Of a DNA stretch of 64,000 nt, positions 1-12,943 are shown one piece after another. The position numbers and the translations under genes are program-made. The first letter of the stretch is position 1. Every line of letters begins with the position of its first letter. Location: the NCBI GenBank assembly GCA_046563655.1, contig CM102286.1, forward strand, positions 7,750,001-7,814,000. The letters are read 5' to 3'. This DNA comes from Yuukianura sp. NJ FZ-2021. Lineage: Eukaryota. The notes under the pieces are model-generated. The model searched no databases and was not told the DNA's origin. It saw only the letters and a program-made list of their open reading frames with translations.

Positions 1-167
1 GTTTCTGGACGTCAGTAGATCCCAAGATGTGCTGTATCAAAATGATATTGATATTGATGAGTACATAGGTGAATTGCAATTGGATTTTACAACTATACAA
101 TAAGGCTTGTTTACGTAATCGACAATCGTACTCATTCTTACTTACATCTAACTTACTTTTACTTTTT

Positions 168-869
168 GGTTGAAGTAAACTTTGACTCTGTCCGTTGTAC
201 CCCCCGAATTGCATTGTATTGTACCCCCCTGTGTTAATCCATCGCGGGAAATTCAAAAAAACAACAAATCACACCCTCTAGTGTTTGTTTCTTTAGTTGC
301 ACAGAGATTTCTTCACTGTACCCCCTCACTGTACCCCCAATTGTATTTAGGAAGTGGCAACGCCGGAGGTTTTGAAAATAATGATTGAATTGATTTGTTA
401 TGGTAATTATTTCAATTTCGATATTCAATTAAATTAGCCGAGCGAAGCGAGGCTAGGTTAGGTTAGGTCAACTTACGAAATTGCTAACCTAATACTGATT
501 ACTTCGTTTTTCTGGTCACAACTGTAATTAATGCAATCACTATTTCGCAAGTTGACCTAACCTAGCCTCGCTTCGCTCGGCTAATTTAATTGAACATTAG
601 AATTGAAATATTTACCAGAAAATGATTGTTTGCAGAGGGGTACAATGCGACAAATGACTAAAAAAAAATCCTTCGTTGCCACTTCTTAAGCTCAATGGAG
701 GGGTACAGTGAGGGGGTACAAAGCAAAAATCTCTTCGAAACTGAAGACAGTTGCACTAGAGGGCGCGACTTGTTGCTTTTTTGAATTTGCCGCCACGGAT
801 TATAATATGGGGGTACAATACAATGCAATTCGGGGGGTACAACGGACAGAGTCAAAGTTTACTTCAACC
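168..869. mobile_element. Non-autonomous foldback/Mutator(MULE)-like DNA transposon, almost entirely palindromic
   Basis: ~205-bp imperfect TIRs (GGTTGAAGTAAACTTTGACTCTG... at 168-375 vs 660-869), 8-bp TSD TACTTTTT at 160-167 and 870-877, and a second inner inverted pair at ~424-480/541-595. Superfamily is inferred from long G-starting TIRs and the 8-bp TSD. Confidence 0.8.
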
Positions 870-1458
870 TACTTTTTAGAAGAGAATCAGATCAATCAAA
901 GATTTAAATGCTGCTCTGCTCGGTGAACCCAAAAATCAGCTTAACGTTGTGTATTTTTTACTTACTAGTAGGTTCCAGCTTCCTCTATTCCACTGTTATG
1001 AAGATGAATAAGATTAAGATTACGATCCTTCAATTACGTTCACAGGTTAAGATAACATATTTAACCGGAAAATTCATCTACGTAAAAATTCTAAAATTGC
1101 ATTCGTAAAAGTGAAAATCAGCTGACTACGTGTTCACTAGAAATAGACACATCTCATCGCCAAACAACGCTGGGCTGGGCATCGGAACCAACTACTAATT
1201 AGTAAGCTAAAGAAGTTTAGCAGGAATTATAATTAGCACATCGTTTTTAAAACTGAGGTTTTTATTTAATTAAATAGATACCCAAACTAACAACGGCCCA
1301 ACTCCTCAATTTTCGTCGATAGAAAATCCAATTTATTTTGCCGACAAGAGCTAATAATGTACTCGAAGGGACACCAAATCTCCAATTTAAAATTGAAGCA
1401 CGTTAAGGTTAATGCATTTTTCCAGTTTTGATTAGCTTTATAATAGTACATAAATTAG

Positions 1459-2736
1459 TTAGCACTGCAGAGACTGCTGCAAGTCAGAGAGATCAACAGT
1501 GTCCATCGTGGATTTCTTTTCAGCATTAGGTTTCTTCTGCATTGCGAAGACTTGGCGCGGGATGAACCTCGCACCATGATGACCGAAGCTAATGTGAACC
1601 GGCTTCTTTTTCTCAGGTACAATTTGCGGAGTGCCTTCAGTCTTCGGAGTTAGCAACTTTTTTGTCGAAGCTAACTCTTCCTTGAGTGGAACATCTTCTT
1701 CCATTTTGTCAACGGCGTGGGGTTTCTTAACCTTCACGGGTACTTTTTGCTCTTCACTGGAGAATGCCTCTACAGCAATTATTTTGGAGTCAGACGCATT
1801 CTGTAAAAACTTCTTAAGATATGGATGCTCATTTATGCAGTGAACCCTCCGTTCTTCTGGATTCATAAAAAGTTGAGAACAGGACTCAATCAGGCACAAG
1901 AACTAAAAAAAACACGATTAGAACGAATACATCAATTTCACTCAAAAGGTTGTAGTATTGAAGGGACTCTACGTCAACACACGTCAACAGACTCAACGTC
2001 AGCGTTAGTTAAACTAGGTTTAATTAAGTAGTACTTACCGATGGTTTCTTCAATGAGACAGCGGCAAAATAAGAGTCATGCTTCTCCATCAGATGTAAAT
2101 CCAGAAGGTGACGTGATTTTAACGAGCGCTTACATTCTGTGCACACGTTGCAATGCCGAGATCGGTAGTGAACGTCATGCTCGGCTAGAGATTTGAATTC
2201 TTCGTGACAGCCTGGTCCTTGGCACAAGTATCCCGTATTCCTGTGTATACATTAAGATTAAAGTTATCAAATTATCGCTCAGTTATGTTACCTAACTTAT
2301 GTACTTCATAATTTAATAAATGCACAATGTACGGCAATTAAAATTACCCGTGTTGTTTTGTCTTCTTGAACTCAGTCTTCTGTGCAACATGAAGCGTTTC
2401 TGGTTGCCAATAATTTTTGCCGGTACTGTTGATATTCCCCTCCTTTTCATCACAAACGCTACTCACATTTTGAGGTTGCACGGTATCTTGATCCATAGAT
2501 TCGGCGGAAGGAGAAATTCTGACGTTTGCCGGGATGTCGTCATTTGTGTCATTGGATTTGTCTTGTTCAGAGTCAGATGCGTCCGTCCACTCCATGGTTC
2601 TCAATTTCTTTCTGGGAGAAGGGGCCATCGTGCAAAATTCTGCATAAGGATTATCCAAGACGTCAATACATTCACGTTTGTTCCCCACGTTCTTGTGACT
2701 TGACATTTTTCTATCAGTGTTTTTGTGGCAGTCCAT
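1459..2736 (-). CDS. ZNF511: C2H2 zinc finger protein, ZNF511 / l(2)k10201-like (3 coding exons: 2348-2736, 2039-2240, 1459-1902)
   Basis: GT-AG joins stay in frame. Translation contains CQGPGC..H..RH, CTECKRSLKSRHLLDLHLMEKHDSYF and FLCLIESC..ERRVHCINEH, the three-finger pattern of the ZNF511 family. An in-frame TGA lies upstream of the ATG at 2736. Confidence 0.8.
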
Positions 2737-4023
2737 AAATTCAGCTTCGGCCGTCCCAAATCACAAGCGGAGGAGAGTAACAAGAGCCTGGAAAGAGCAT
2801 TAATGTACATTATTATTACATACAATATAAAAAACGTATCTGGAACAATGGATAACTTAAATCTTACCAGCCTTGCTGCTATCAGTGCTACCCACCGCCT
2901 GGATAATCTGTTAATTTTTATTTCTCCTAAAACCCGGTCCGGGTAGCGTATACAATTTCGATTTGTTTCCGAAAGTCTGTTCTGAAACCCGTCGATTATC
3001 GATGTAGAAAGAGATGAGAGCTTGAATCTGTCCGTCAATTGACTTGATCCAGTCAATCCAGTGTAAATAGTGAATTCTCTAATTATGAAACCAATTGAAT
3101 GAAGAATGAGTAGGTTTATATGATACTATGTAATGTTGCAACATTCCGTTTTGCTAAGATTACTCTACGAAATTTACTGTGTTGAACTCTGATTAGTCAT
3201 TTCATTTATGTTTTTGTCTTAAAATCTCCTCATTACATAAGGTCTAAAAAATGTTTAGTTTTGAAAGCCTAGGTAGAAAATACTTATCTAGATTCTAGAT
3301 AAAACAAAACTAAAATTCGGTTATGTTATTTTGTTTGACCAACTTCGTTTTCCCACTCCTTGTATCAGCACTATTTCCGTCGTGAGACATTAATCCTATT
3401 GTTGGTACAATTTCAAAATAACAATGTCTGATTGTCTTAATTTGTTAATTTAATTGTAATGGTATTGAAGCATCGTTGCAATTTTTCAGTTAGTGCCTGT
3501 AAAACTTCATTTTTTTTTGATTTATTAAATACTTTCTCTGGCTACAGGGCATGAGACTCTCACCGACCTAGAAAGTGACGGGAACGTATGAATTTTTAAA
3601 CATTTGAGACTCTCCGCATTGCAAATTTTGAGACAGATTAAAATGGATTCCATGTCTGCGTCCATCTTTTACAGTCGCTGTCAGTCAGAAAAGCCTTTCT
3701 TATTTATTGGACGTTAGGTCCTTAGCATTGGGATTTTGTAAATGTTAAGATGTGTGTGTGGTGTATGGTGTTAAGGATTCGGAGCAGACGTGGAACAGCA
3801 AGCGCGGAAACAAAAGAAAAGGTGAAAGCAGGAGAAAGTAGTTTGACTCGAGTCAGTAGTCCGCAGAGGCAACTCGAGCATTCATTCCAGTGTGTTGGAT
3901 GCTCAGGTTGTCCGTTTACAAAGCAATTCAAATAACTCTAAAATATTTAAACTTCACTGCGACACCTATCTCCAGCCCTTTGTCGGTTCCAGAGGACACG
4001 CATTACATTTCACAAGGACTAAA

Positions 4024-5743
4024 ATGGTGTCATTGCGCCATCACAGAGTAAGTTTAAATGAACATTAACTTCCTAGGTTAGCTAAACCCAACACTACACT
4101 AACCATAATAATCCTTTTATTCTCAATTGCTAATGTTATTGTTATTTAGGAACCGACAATAACACCGTTTCCGGATTTCAATCCCTTGGATGACGCTCGA
4201 GCATTAAAGAAACTTCTGAGTTCCCACGACGAAGCTGGTGCAATTAACCTTCTTGCCAAAAGATGTAATCGACAAAGGGAGGAGATCGTCATAGCTTACG
4301 CTGACACCTCTGGGAAGGTAACATATTCTTGCCAAGTAGAAATACCAAAACTAGGCTAACGCAGCCTAGCCTAGCTTTGGATCGTACTGAACCTAATAGA
4401 AAGCATGAGGAGAAAGTTGTGGGGTCGATGTAGTAATGTTTACCCATTTATCTTTGGCTGGGCAGGAACTGCTGCAGGACTTGTCTTCAGTATTCAGCTC
4501 CAAATGCCTCAAAGTATTAAGTGCTCTACTGGAAACACCCGATGAATTTTTGGCTAAAGAGCTAGATAGAGCTCTAAATCGTTTAGGAACTGACAGCGAA
4601 GTCATCTCGGAGGTATAAAAAGAAATCCAATTTTTTCCGTGGAGACAAAGGATTTTTTCTTGATAAACCGACAGCACATGGATAAATGTCAAAAATTGTA
4701 AATCTTCCGTAGATTCTTTGTACAAGATCAAACGCCAAAATTTCTGGAATTCAATTGGCCTACCAAAAACTTTATGGAAAAACGCTCTTGTCCGTAATTT
4801 CATCCGAATTTAATCTATCTGCAGACTACAAAGAACTCATGTCCATGCTGCTACAGGTGATGTTTTAAAATTTTTCAAATTGACACATTAAAGTCATAAG
4901 ATTAGTTTTTAATTACAAAAAATTGCATAGCCGATGAAATTTCGAATGTTTTATTCAAGGGATTGCGCAACGAAGTGAAGGAAACAAGTAAGGAAAAAGC
5001 AAAGCGTCGGGCTGCTTCAGTTCACAGCGCAGGTTTGAAAATCAATTTCAATTTATTCTGAAATGAATATTCAGTGTTATAATCAAATGCTGTTGACTTA
5101 ATTTTATTGATTGGATTGTTTTCCAAAAACACAAAGGAATAATTTTGAATGATTTTAATAGTTGAAGAGGGCTGGAGCACTTCAACCAAAATATTTTTGC
5201 GACTTCTAACACACGAGTCCTTCGACCAACTTCGCCTCGTTTTTGACGAGTATAGATTAATATCGGGACTAGCGATGGAACAAGCAGTCAAATCTGCATT
5301 TTCAGGAGACGTTGAGCATGCCGCCATGGCCATTGGTAAAAAACAGCTTTTTAACTTGCTTGTTAAATAGAAATAATGTTCTACTTCGCCTTTTGCAAAG
5401 CAGCAGTTGAATAATCCTCTGAGGCTTTTATTTTATTGACCATTTCATGACTCCCCGAGCACGTAAAAGTTTTAACTAGGCCATTTTCTGTTGAACTTTC
5501 ACAGTGAAAGCAGCTCTAAACAAAAATCAATTCTATGCAGAGACAATTGAAGCCTCACTTAGAAAATTTCGGAGGGACGACAACACGCTGATTCGAATAT
5601 TTGTGTCGAGGTCAGAGGTTGACCTAGAATCCATCAAGAGTGAGTACCTAAAAATCTACCATAAAACACTCTACCATTCTGTTCAAACGGAAATGAGCGG
5701 TGCTTACAGAGAAATTATGCTCGCACTGCTCAATACGCCTTGA
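4024..5743 (+). CDS. Divergent annexin (7 exons: ~4024-4047, 4150-4317, 4467-4613, 4712-4856, 4960-5032, 5162-5335, 5505-5743)
   Basis: In-frame spliced translation gives four annexin repeats: FNPLDDARAL..R.NRQREEI..AY; A.EL..AL.RLGTD..ILCTRSN; SFDQLRLVFDEY..EQAVKSAFSGD; LIRIFVSRSEVDL..SGAY. Confidence 0.9.
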
Positions 5744-6096
5744 GCCTAACTTTAAGGTTGAATGTTTTAGGTTAAAAGCTTTTACTATTTAACATGGCAC
5801 TTTTAACTTTAGAAAATCCCTTGCTCGCATTTAACCTCTCAGGACCAAAGGAGTCAGGGTTAGCTTTTAAAGTTCTTGTTTCTCTTGACCTTTGACCTAT
5901 CACTACTTCGGAAGCACTTGCCATCATGATATTAAAAACAACTTCACATTTAATAGCCTTAGTTTAACTGTTAAAAATAAGTTCACTAGATATTACATTC
6001 CACCGACCACGTTTTGTCTAAACATGTCAAGAATAAAAGACATCTTTGCTTCAAATTTGATTTACTCAAAATTATCCAATTAATTTCGGTCATAAA

Positions 6097-7223
6097 TAGG
6101 GGTCGAAATTCGGATTTTGACTTCGGATTCAAATCCGAATTTTTGACGAATCCGAATAATTCGGAATTCGGATTTGACAGCATGCGAATTCGGATTCAGA
6201 CGAATTTGAGACTTAAATAGATGTAGGCGCGAATTTAAATTTTAAGGAGCCTTATTTTCGACGCTAATCGCTAATCGACACGAACCTTGAAATTCGGTTT
6301 GAAGATTTTGAGTGGCGTGGATTGGAAGAACTAGTGGCAGCTCTGGGACCAGTGAAATTGACAGTTGAAGCGTTATGTCGGCGGGATGCTAATTTGCTTA
6401 CCGCTGATTCTGCAATTAATTTTGCGCTTTAACAACTAAATGAAAGGGATTCTGGAATCAGCCTGGAACTTGCCACTGCACTGAGTAACCGAATTCAAGA
6501 ACGTTGCACAACACTCTCTGGCGTTTTACAATACTTACATATTGGATCACTGCAGCAAGATGACAATTAAGACCCAATTTTTAAAATTCCGACAAGGAAC
6601 AGAATCGTCAAGTTCTTGCAGGAAATGACGAAAAAAGTAATAGTCGAAGCAGACGCCGAGCAAGAAATTGAAGTAACTGAAGAACCCCAGAATTTAGCAA
6701 AAAAGAACAAACGCTTACGCACAGAACTGGAATCAAAACTCGACCAGGCATTACATGACGTTTCAAAGCGTGCTCATCGATTCAAAATAAAATCTGGTGA
6801 AAAGGACTTAACGGCAACAATTAAGAAGGAAATGATCATGTTCGAAAATGGCGGTAACCGGGGACTCCATTTGGAGCTCTGCTACAATTTCCTAAAAATT
6901 GTTCCACCAACAACAGCAGTTGAAGCGGAGAGATCATTTTCCTCTGCCGGATATATTTATAACAAAATACGATCACGCCTAAGCGATGACACTTTAGACA
7001 AACTCTGCTTTCTTCGTTCGTATTTTCAGGTTCTCTCAACATTGACGGGTAGTTATAGTGTTCAATTATAAATAAAAGTGTTATTTTTTTTTAATTTCTA
7101 TTATGTAAGGGCGAATTTCTTTAAAAAATGAAATCCGAATCTGAATTCGGATTTTGCCGAGATCAAATTCGGATAAATTCGGAATTCGGATTTGGGCAAA
7201 ACCACCACGAATTTCGACCCCTA
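6097..7223 (+). mobile_element. Internally deleted hAT transposon with a decayed C-terminal transposase
   Basis: Perfect 16-bp TIRs TAGGGGTCGAAATTCG, 8-bp TSD GTCATAAA (6089-6096, 7224-7231), subterminal ATTCGGATT repeats. ORF 6616-7071 carries the hAT dimerisation motif PPTTAVEAERSFSSAG..RSRLSD. In-frame stops lie upstream. Confidence 0.93.
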
Positions 7224-7482
7224 GTCATAAAAAGTCAGTTGCCAAAAGTTAATCATAATAAAACACTTTAATTGACTTTGGCATTCAGAATTAATTTAAG
7301 GCTTTTTAAGCCGTTATTTTCGGTACTTCGGTAGCATTCTGACGCATTTGAGCTGTTTTTGAAAGTACGTGCAAGTTACTTGAACCAAAAGCACACAACT
7401 TGCGGTTGTTGGTGAAAGTTAATAAGAATCTCTGGTTTGAATCCGAAATGAGTTTGAAAGCGAATGCAACAAGAGTGAATTT

Positions 7483-10400
7483 TTAACCAGAAGGCGGCTT
7501 CTTCCCACGCTTATGTGTTTGGCCAAATATGTCCATATGACATCGATCCGTTTCCTGAAAGGTTTATGAAGTTGACATTTTGATTTGCAGTTCATCATAC
7601 GAAAATATTTGATTAGGATTTTACCTTCAGCTGGCGCATAAAATCAATAGCTTCCTCATCAGATAAGCTTAGAGCTTCTTTGATCAAGGTTTGAAGTGTT
7701 CTGAAAACGTCTTCCGCCATTGCCGCGTCTCCGCAGATGTAAATAATTGCGTTTTCATCCACGACTTCTCTGACTATTTGGTCTTTATGCTCCAAAATTA
7801 AATCTTGCACGTACGTCTTGCGCAAAAAAAAAATCAAAAGTTAGACATTTCTGCTGATTTGGAAATCATAACGTGTGTCAAATGTTGAAATTTGATTTGG
7901 GCCTAACTTTCTTTTGATGTTTCTCCCTGGAGAAAGCTACAAAATAATTCGTAATGACTTCATCCTTCTGCATCTGCTCTATCTCAGATCCATACAAAAG
8001 CATCTCCTTTGAACGACAACCAAAGAACAAGCTCAGTTTGCCAAGCTCCCTTCCCCCTTCCTTGCGTAGGAAATTTCTTTCTTGCCAAAATCCACGGAAT
8101 GGTGCAATACCCGTTCCGGGACCAACCAAAATAATCGATCGGCCAGTGTCCTGTGGAAGCCGAAAAGTTGAACTGGACGTGCTGAAAACAAAGAAAAAAA
8201 ATTCCAGCATCAACTTAGATCAAAGAAATTAAAAATGACTGAAATTTTTGCCGAACTTCGTTTTTGACTTACTTTCGAACAAAACACATAACTTTAGAGC
8301 CTATGTTTAGTCGATTCAGGTAATTGGAGCATACTCCGTAGTTGGCTTCTGCGTGTCCATTTGGCGTGTACTTTACCACGCCAATGGTCAAATGAAATTG
8401 GTTTGGAAAAACTTTGGATGAGGAAGAGACGCTGTAGTATCGTGGTTGTAATATGGGAAGTAGAGTGCAAATCGCTGCAGCGTCGGGGGAGCAAGATGGA
8501 TGCCATTTCAGAACAGTAAGAAGATTAGGTTGATAAGCTCGTTTCCAGGAATCGTAAAGTGAACCGTCCTAAAAAATCGAAGCAACGTGTTAGCAAAAAC
8601 CATGAATAATTTTATACATAATTTATGGAGAAAGTTTGGATTAGTTTGAGATAAAGTCAAGTTACATTAGAAAGTTTTTGCAAAGCCTCCCCATCTGGTT
8701 CGTTTGTAGCAACTGAAGCCAAGTACGAAAGCATTTCCTGGGAAGGCGGTGTCGTAAAATCTAAAACATTTCCGAAAAGTTCTCTCAATGAGCAAATTGG
8801 AAGCCGCTCAGTCGCCGTCCATTGTCCACCGTGACCTGCGAAAATTACGTTTGGATCAAGTTCACTTTCAATTGTACTAAAAACTCTGTGTTTTACTTCT
8901 GAATTGAAGTTCAACTTGGGTGTCATGCCCTTCTGGTTTGTTTTTCAATTTAGACAAAAGTCCAGTGACAAGTTCTGGGTGGTTTTGTGGCAAGATTCCA
9001 ATGTGATCTCCAACATGATAGGCAAAAGGAGGCACTTCGTCACTACTGGGTGCCTCCAGGACAATCCTTATGGTCTGGACACTGGAAAAAAAAGTGGTTA
9101 GGTTAAAGCTTTCATTGAAGTAGAATTTACCGCTCTTTTTATGACTCCCCTGCACTCACTCGTCTAATGGCTCATGAAGCTGATCCCGTTGCATTAGGCT
9201 GTAAAATGCCAACTTCCTTCCATGCAACTGCTCGTACCCTGGAGATAAACGTTGCGTGAAAAGTTCTCATTAAACTGTTTACTTTGAGCAGAAGCGCGTC
9301 TATTTGCAATGCCAAAACTGACTTGGTAATTGAACGCCGCTGCTCTCCGCTGCAGTCGATAACGCTGCTTGTAGTCTGAAATTTCCAGTGGGAATAGCTG
9401 GAACGACCTGCTCTTTGGCCTCAATTGTTTCAGGTTTCAGCGCGTAGGCGTCGCACGCAGCCTAGTATGTTTCAAATACTCGTAAGAAAATGTGTAAGAA
9501 AAAACTGCCTCTGAGGATAATTCACTTCATTTCTTCTACCTTATAAGCATCGACACACCAACTTTGGAACGTGACCTCTTGACCTTCCAGCTCATCTCCG
9601 CAAGGAACGCTGAGAAGTCGTTGACCTCCGAGTAAATTAAAATTGTAGTCAAGATTTCTTCCAAAGGCACAAATATTTGGGTATGCACTTGACCCTAACG
9701 CGAATACTGCGAATCTAAAATTTTGGCAAATTTTGCAATTTCATTTATAAAAATTTCAACATCGATAGCACTTGAGAAATCGATTTCAATTTTGGGTTAC
9801 CTCAACTGTGTTAGCGGAAATTCATGTTTATTGTCGGCTGCTTTCCGTTGCGATTTCAACTTCGCCAAATACTTGTCCAATGGTTCCCCATTGGCCGGAG
9901 GATCGCCGTTTCCAAATGTTGACGTGATGACAAATAATAATGACTTTTGATGCAGTTGAGACAAATCGTACTGGTCCATTTGATATGTCTTGAAAATATT
10001 TTTTTAAAAATTAAAGTTCCTCAAGAGTAGTGATTTAAAGTGAGACGCACTTTACCCACCTTTGCATGAAACGAATTTTTCAAAACCGATTCCAGCTTTT
10101 GGGCAAACTTCCTTGACTTTCCAGTTTCTGTTGCGTAGAGAATTGTAGCAACTGGACGTGCTCGTAACCGTTTTCCAAACAACATTGAACAAAATGCCAC
10201 ACCCAACGCTATTTCCTTTAAGCTAAGACGTTTGACAGTAGTTTGAGTACTTCCAAGTATATTTGGATTCTTCCAGGTATGCACTTTCCACGCCTGCGCT
10301 TGGTACTCGAAGCTTGGTTTTAGAAAGTACAGAGCCATTTCTTGGTGGAACACTGGCACCGTGGATCCCGAAATTGGCGGTACGATCCAAGCCCAATCTG

Positions 10401-12276
10401 CAGGACATCCTCCGCGTTCTCGCTTTTCTGTTTCCAAATGGCTCATAAACTGTTCGGCTACAGTGTGGTGGTCAATGATTGTCACTCCAGCTTTCTGTGA
10501 AGTAAAATAGAAATTTTAAAGTATTATTCCTGTTTAAAAAACGATTTGTGTTTTTTTAAAGTTCACAAACACGATTTTTATAACTGCTTTCTCATACTAC
10601 CTGAAAACTATGCAAAACAGCAACGTTCATCTCTACCATGGCCTTGTCCTTCCATAAACTGGTCAATGTGTCAGTCCTAAGCCCCATTCTCGTCGCCACC
10701 TCCTAGTATAATTAGTCAATAATTTATCGTAGTAACATATTTATAGTTTTATTAGATCATAGAGGGACCCATAGAGGGACATGCTACGCATGTTCCCTCT
10801 TACCGGCAAATAGTTGTAACGGTCCACGTCACCCAACTCACGCGACGCAATTTCCGGAGCTGTAAACCAGGCGTTGAACGGTGCTGCAGGAAACTGGAGT
10901 CCACCACAATCAAATAGCATGGCGGCCAGGAAGGGTAAAGTGTAAAACCGAATGCCCATGTCTTTGAACCATGGATATCTTACAAATAAATCAAAATGCT
11001 ACAACAGCGTCTCTAATTTTTCCTATTTTGACTTTGTATTGTTTTGTACTTGTAGGAATTTTCAACTTACTCTGGATGTTCTAAATGTACTTCCATGATG
11101 AGTTCTGGAGGGATAATGAAAAGTTCTGGATCGTTTCCATTCGCTGAAACTACGAGTGGCAGTACGTCGAACTTGGTTTTGGGTTCCGGACTTTTCCAGC
11201 CCAATTTTAGACAAATCTGAAAATGGAAAAAAAAATGGAAAATAATAGTTAAAGTGACAAAGCTGAGTGAGCTAAAAATATTAACTCACATTTGTTAGCT
11301 CTTTGTTTATGGAGTGACCGAGGATAGTTCCATCCGGATTTTCGTATCCCGCATACCCGATTATAAAGTGATTCCAAATTCTGAAATCCGGCTTGCCTTG
11401 ACGTCTCACCGGAAAAACTGTGATTGTTGTCCTGAATGTCATAAAGTCAACGGTTTTTTCTATACTTAACCTGCTTTTCATTTCTGCGCTTGTGCAAATC
11501 TTGATTTTTTATTGGAGCTTACACATCTGCAGTACATACCTGATATTCCCACCGTTATTAGTGTACTCCAAGTGCCTACAAATGGCGTCAAACACCTCCC
11601 TCGCTGTAGATATTTTCCTCTCGTCGAGTACCTATATCAAAATATTGTTAATTAGGATTAATTTTGTTTAATAAACTATTTAAAATTCAACTTGAGAAGT
11701 AATGATGAATGATCTTTATATCGATGGAAAGTGGACCTTGATATTTCTCCATTGAATTCTGCCTATGCAGCGAGGAGCATTTCGCCAAGCCAATCGTACT
11801 CCAAAATTCAATTCGGCTTCCGTGAGGTCGTAAGTTCCACTTTCTGCTATTTCATTTTTTACTTGCTGGAAACGCTGTTCAAAATCTTGAGTATGAGTCC
11901 TAAAGTAAAAGGGAAAAAAATTTCAAAATTGTTGAATTAAATCTTAAATACTTTCAAGATACAATGTTCGGTACTAACTTGTCAATTGACTCATAATATT
12001 GCATCAGAAATCCACGAGCGTCATGCTCAACTTCGTCCGGAGGTCGACACTTTGTGTCAACGTTGTTCCTTTTTCCAGCAATTCCAAACGTACTTCCCAA
12101 GCAAACATTGTCCAAGCACTTTCTCTCCTACCATAATGTTTTGATTTATATGGTAATGCAAGGTAAATTACAAAAAAAAAAAACTTATAGTTATAGTTTA
12201 CCTTGTCAACGCGGGCCTTCCGGTTTAGCCTATCAATATCCTGTTCGCCGGACAGATGGTTGCGTAACTTGATCAT
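7483..12276 (-). CDS. Nos: Nitric oxide synthase (oxygenase, calmodulin-binding and FMN/FAD/NADPH reductase domains), ~19 exons, apparently intact
   Basis: Zn motif CLDNVC, heme motif [30 protein letters not shown], CaM helix [69 protein letters not shown] and terminal DIFG. Junctions checked by eye keep the frame. The last exon boundary could differ. Confidence 0.95.
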
Positions 12277-12825
12277 AGTTTATTTCACTTAAGTCAAAAT
12301 TTAATAACGTTTCTAAGTCTTTAGTCAAAATGCAAAAGCTTAACCTCAAAAACTTTAACGACGTGCGTTGCTAAACGTTGTTTGCAACAGTTGTTTAAAC
12401 GTTGTTAAAGATAATCTAACCTTTTTAAACGTTGTTTGAAAGGACAGATTATCTTTTTACTGCCTCAATTGTACTTTTCAAGTATTTCAAGTGGATTATT
12501 CTAAAGTCCGTAATAAATAGTATTGGAAAGTAGTATCCGTATTGCATCAGGATAAAATCATCGCTATCACAAACATGTCATCATTTTTTTAAAACGACAT
12601 TTGAAATTTTGTTTATCACCTCACCTTATGGTGTTATGGTTGATGACGCCATAATTCAGCGGTATTTCTTGTGCCTCCATCTTGCACTCCTCAGCTGACT
12701 TAACAGAAGTCAGCATCTGGAAATTCGGTTGGAGTAAGGCTTGACGATAGCTGTTGTAGTAACAAAGTGTTTCTACTTTGCATTTACCCTGGCTAGCTAC
12801 GCTGTGCGGCTAATTAGTCATTTAA

Positions 12826-12943
12826 CCTAAAGAACGGCACTGCTTGAATTCAAAAAAATTCATGCAAATAACTCTCCCTTGAACTAAATGTGAAAAATTC
12901 GCGCGAAACGTTTTTTGGAATTTAAACAGTGCCGTTCTTCAGG
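12826..12943. repeat. Small inverted repeat / MITE remnant
   Basis: 33-bp arms CCTAAAGAACGGCACTGCTTGAATTCAAAAAAA with 4 mismatches. TTAA is present on the left side only. Confidence 0.6.

Noticed and set aside
2..103. Open frame FLDVSRSQ...FTTIQ* at the window start
   Set aside because: Could be the last exon of an upstream gene, but it is too short and has no recognisable motif.
2601..3056. 151-aa ORF overlapping the ZNF511 5' region
   Set aside because: Crosses an apparent intron (2788-2867) and has no domain. More likely 5' UTR.
9194..9424. Apparent NOS frameshift or stop
   Set aside because: Resolved by a GT-AG intron (~9322-9239) that restores the frame.
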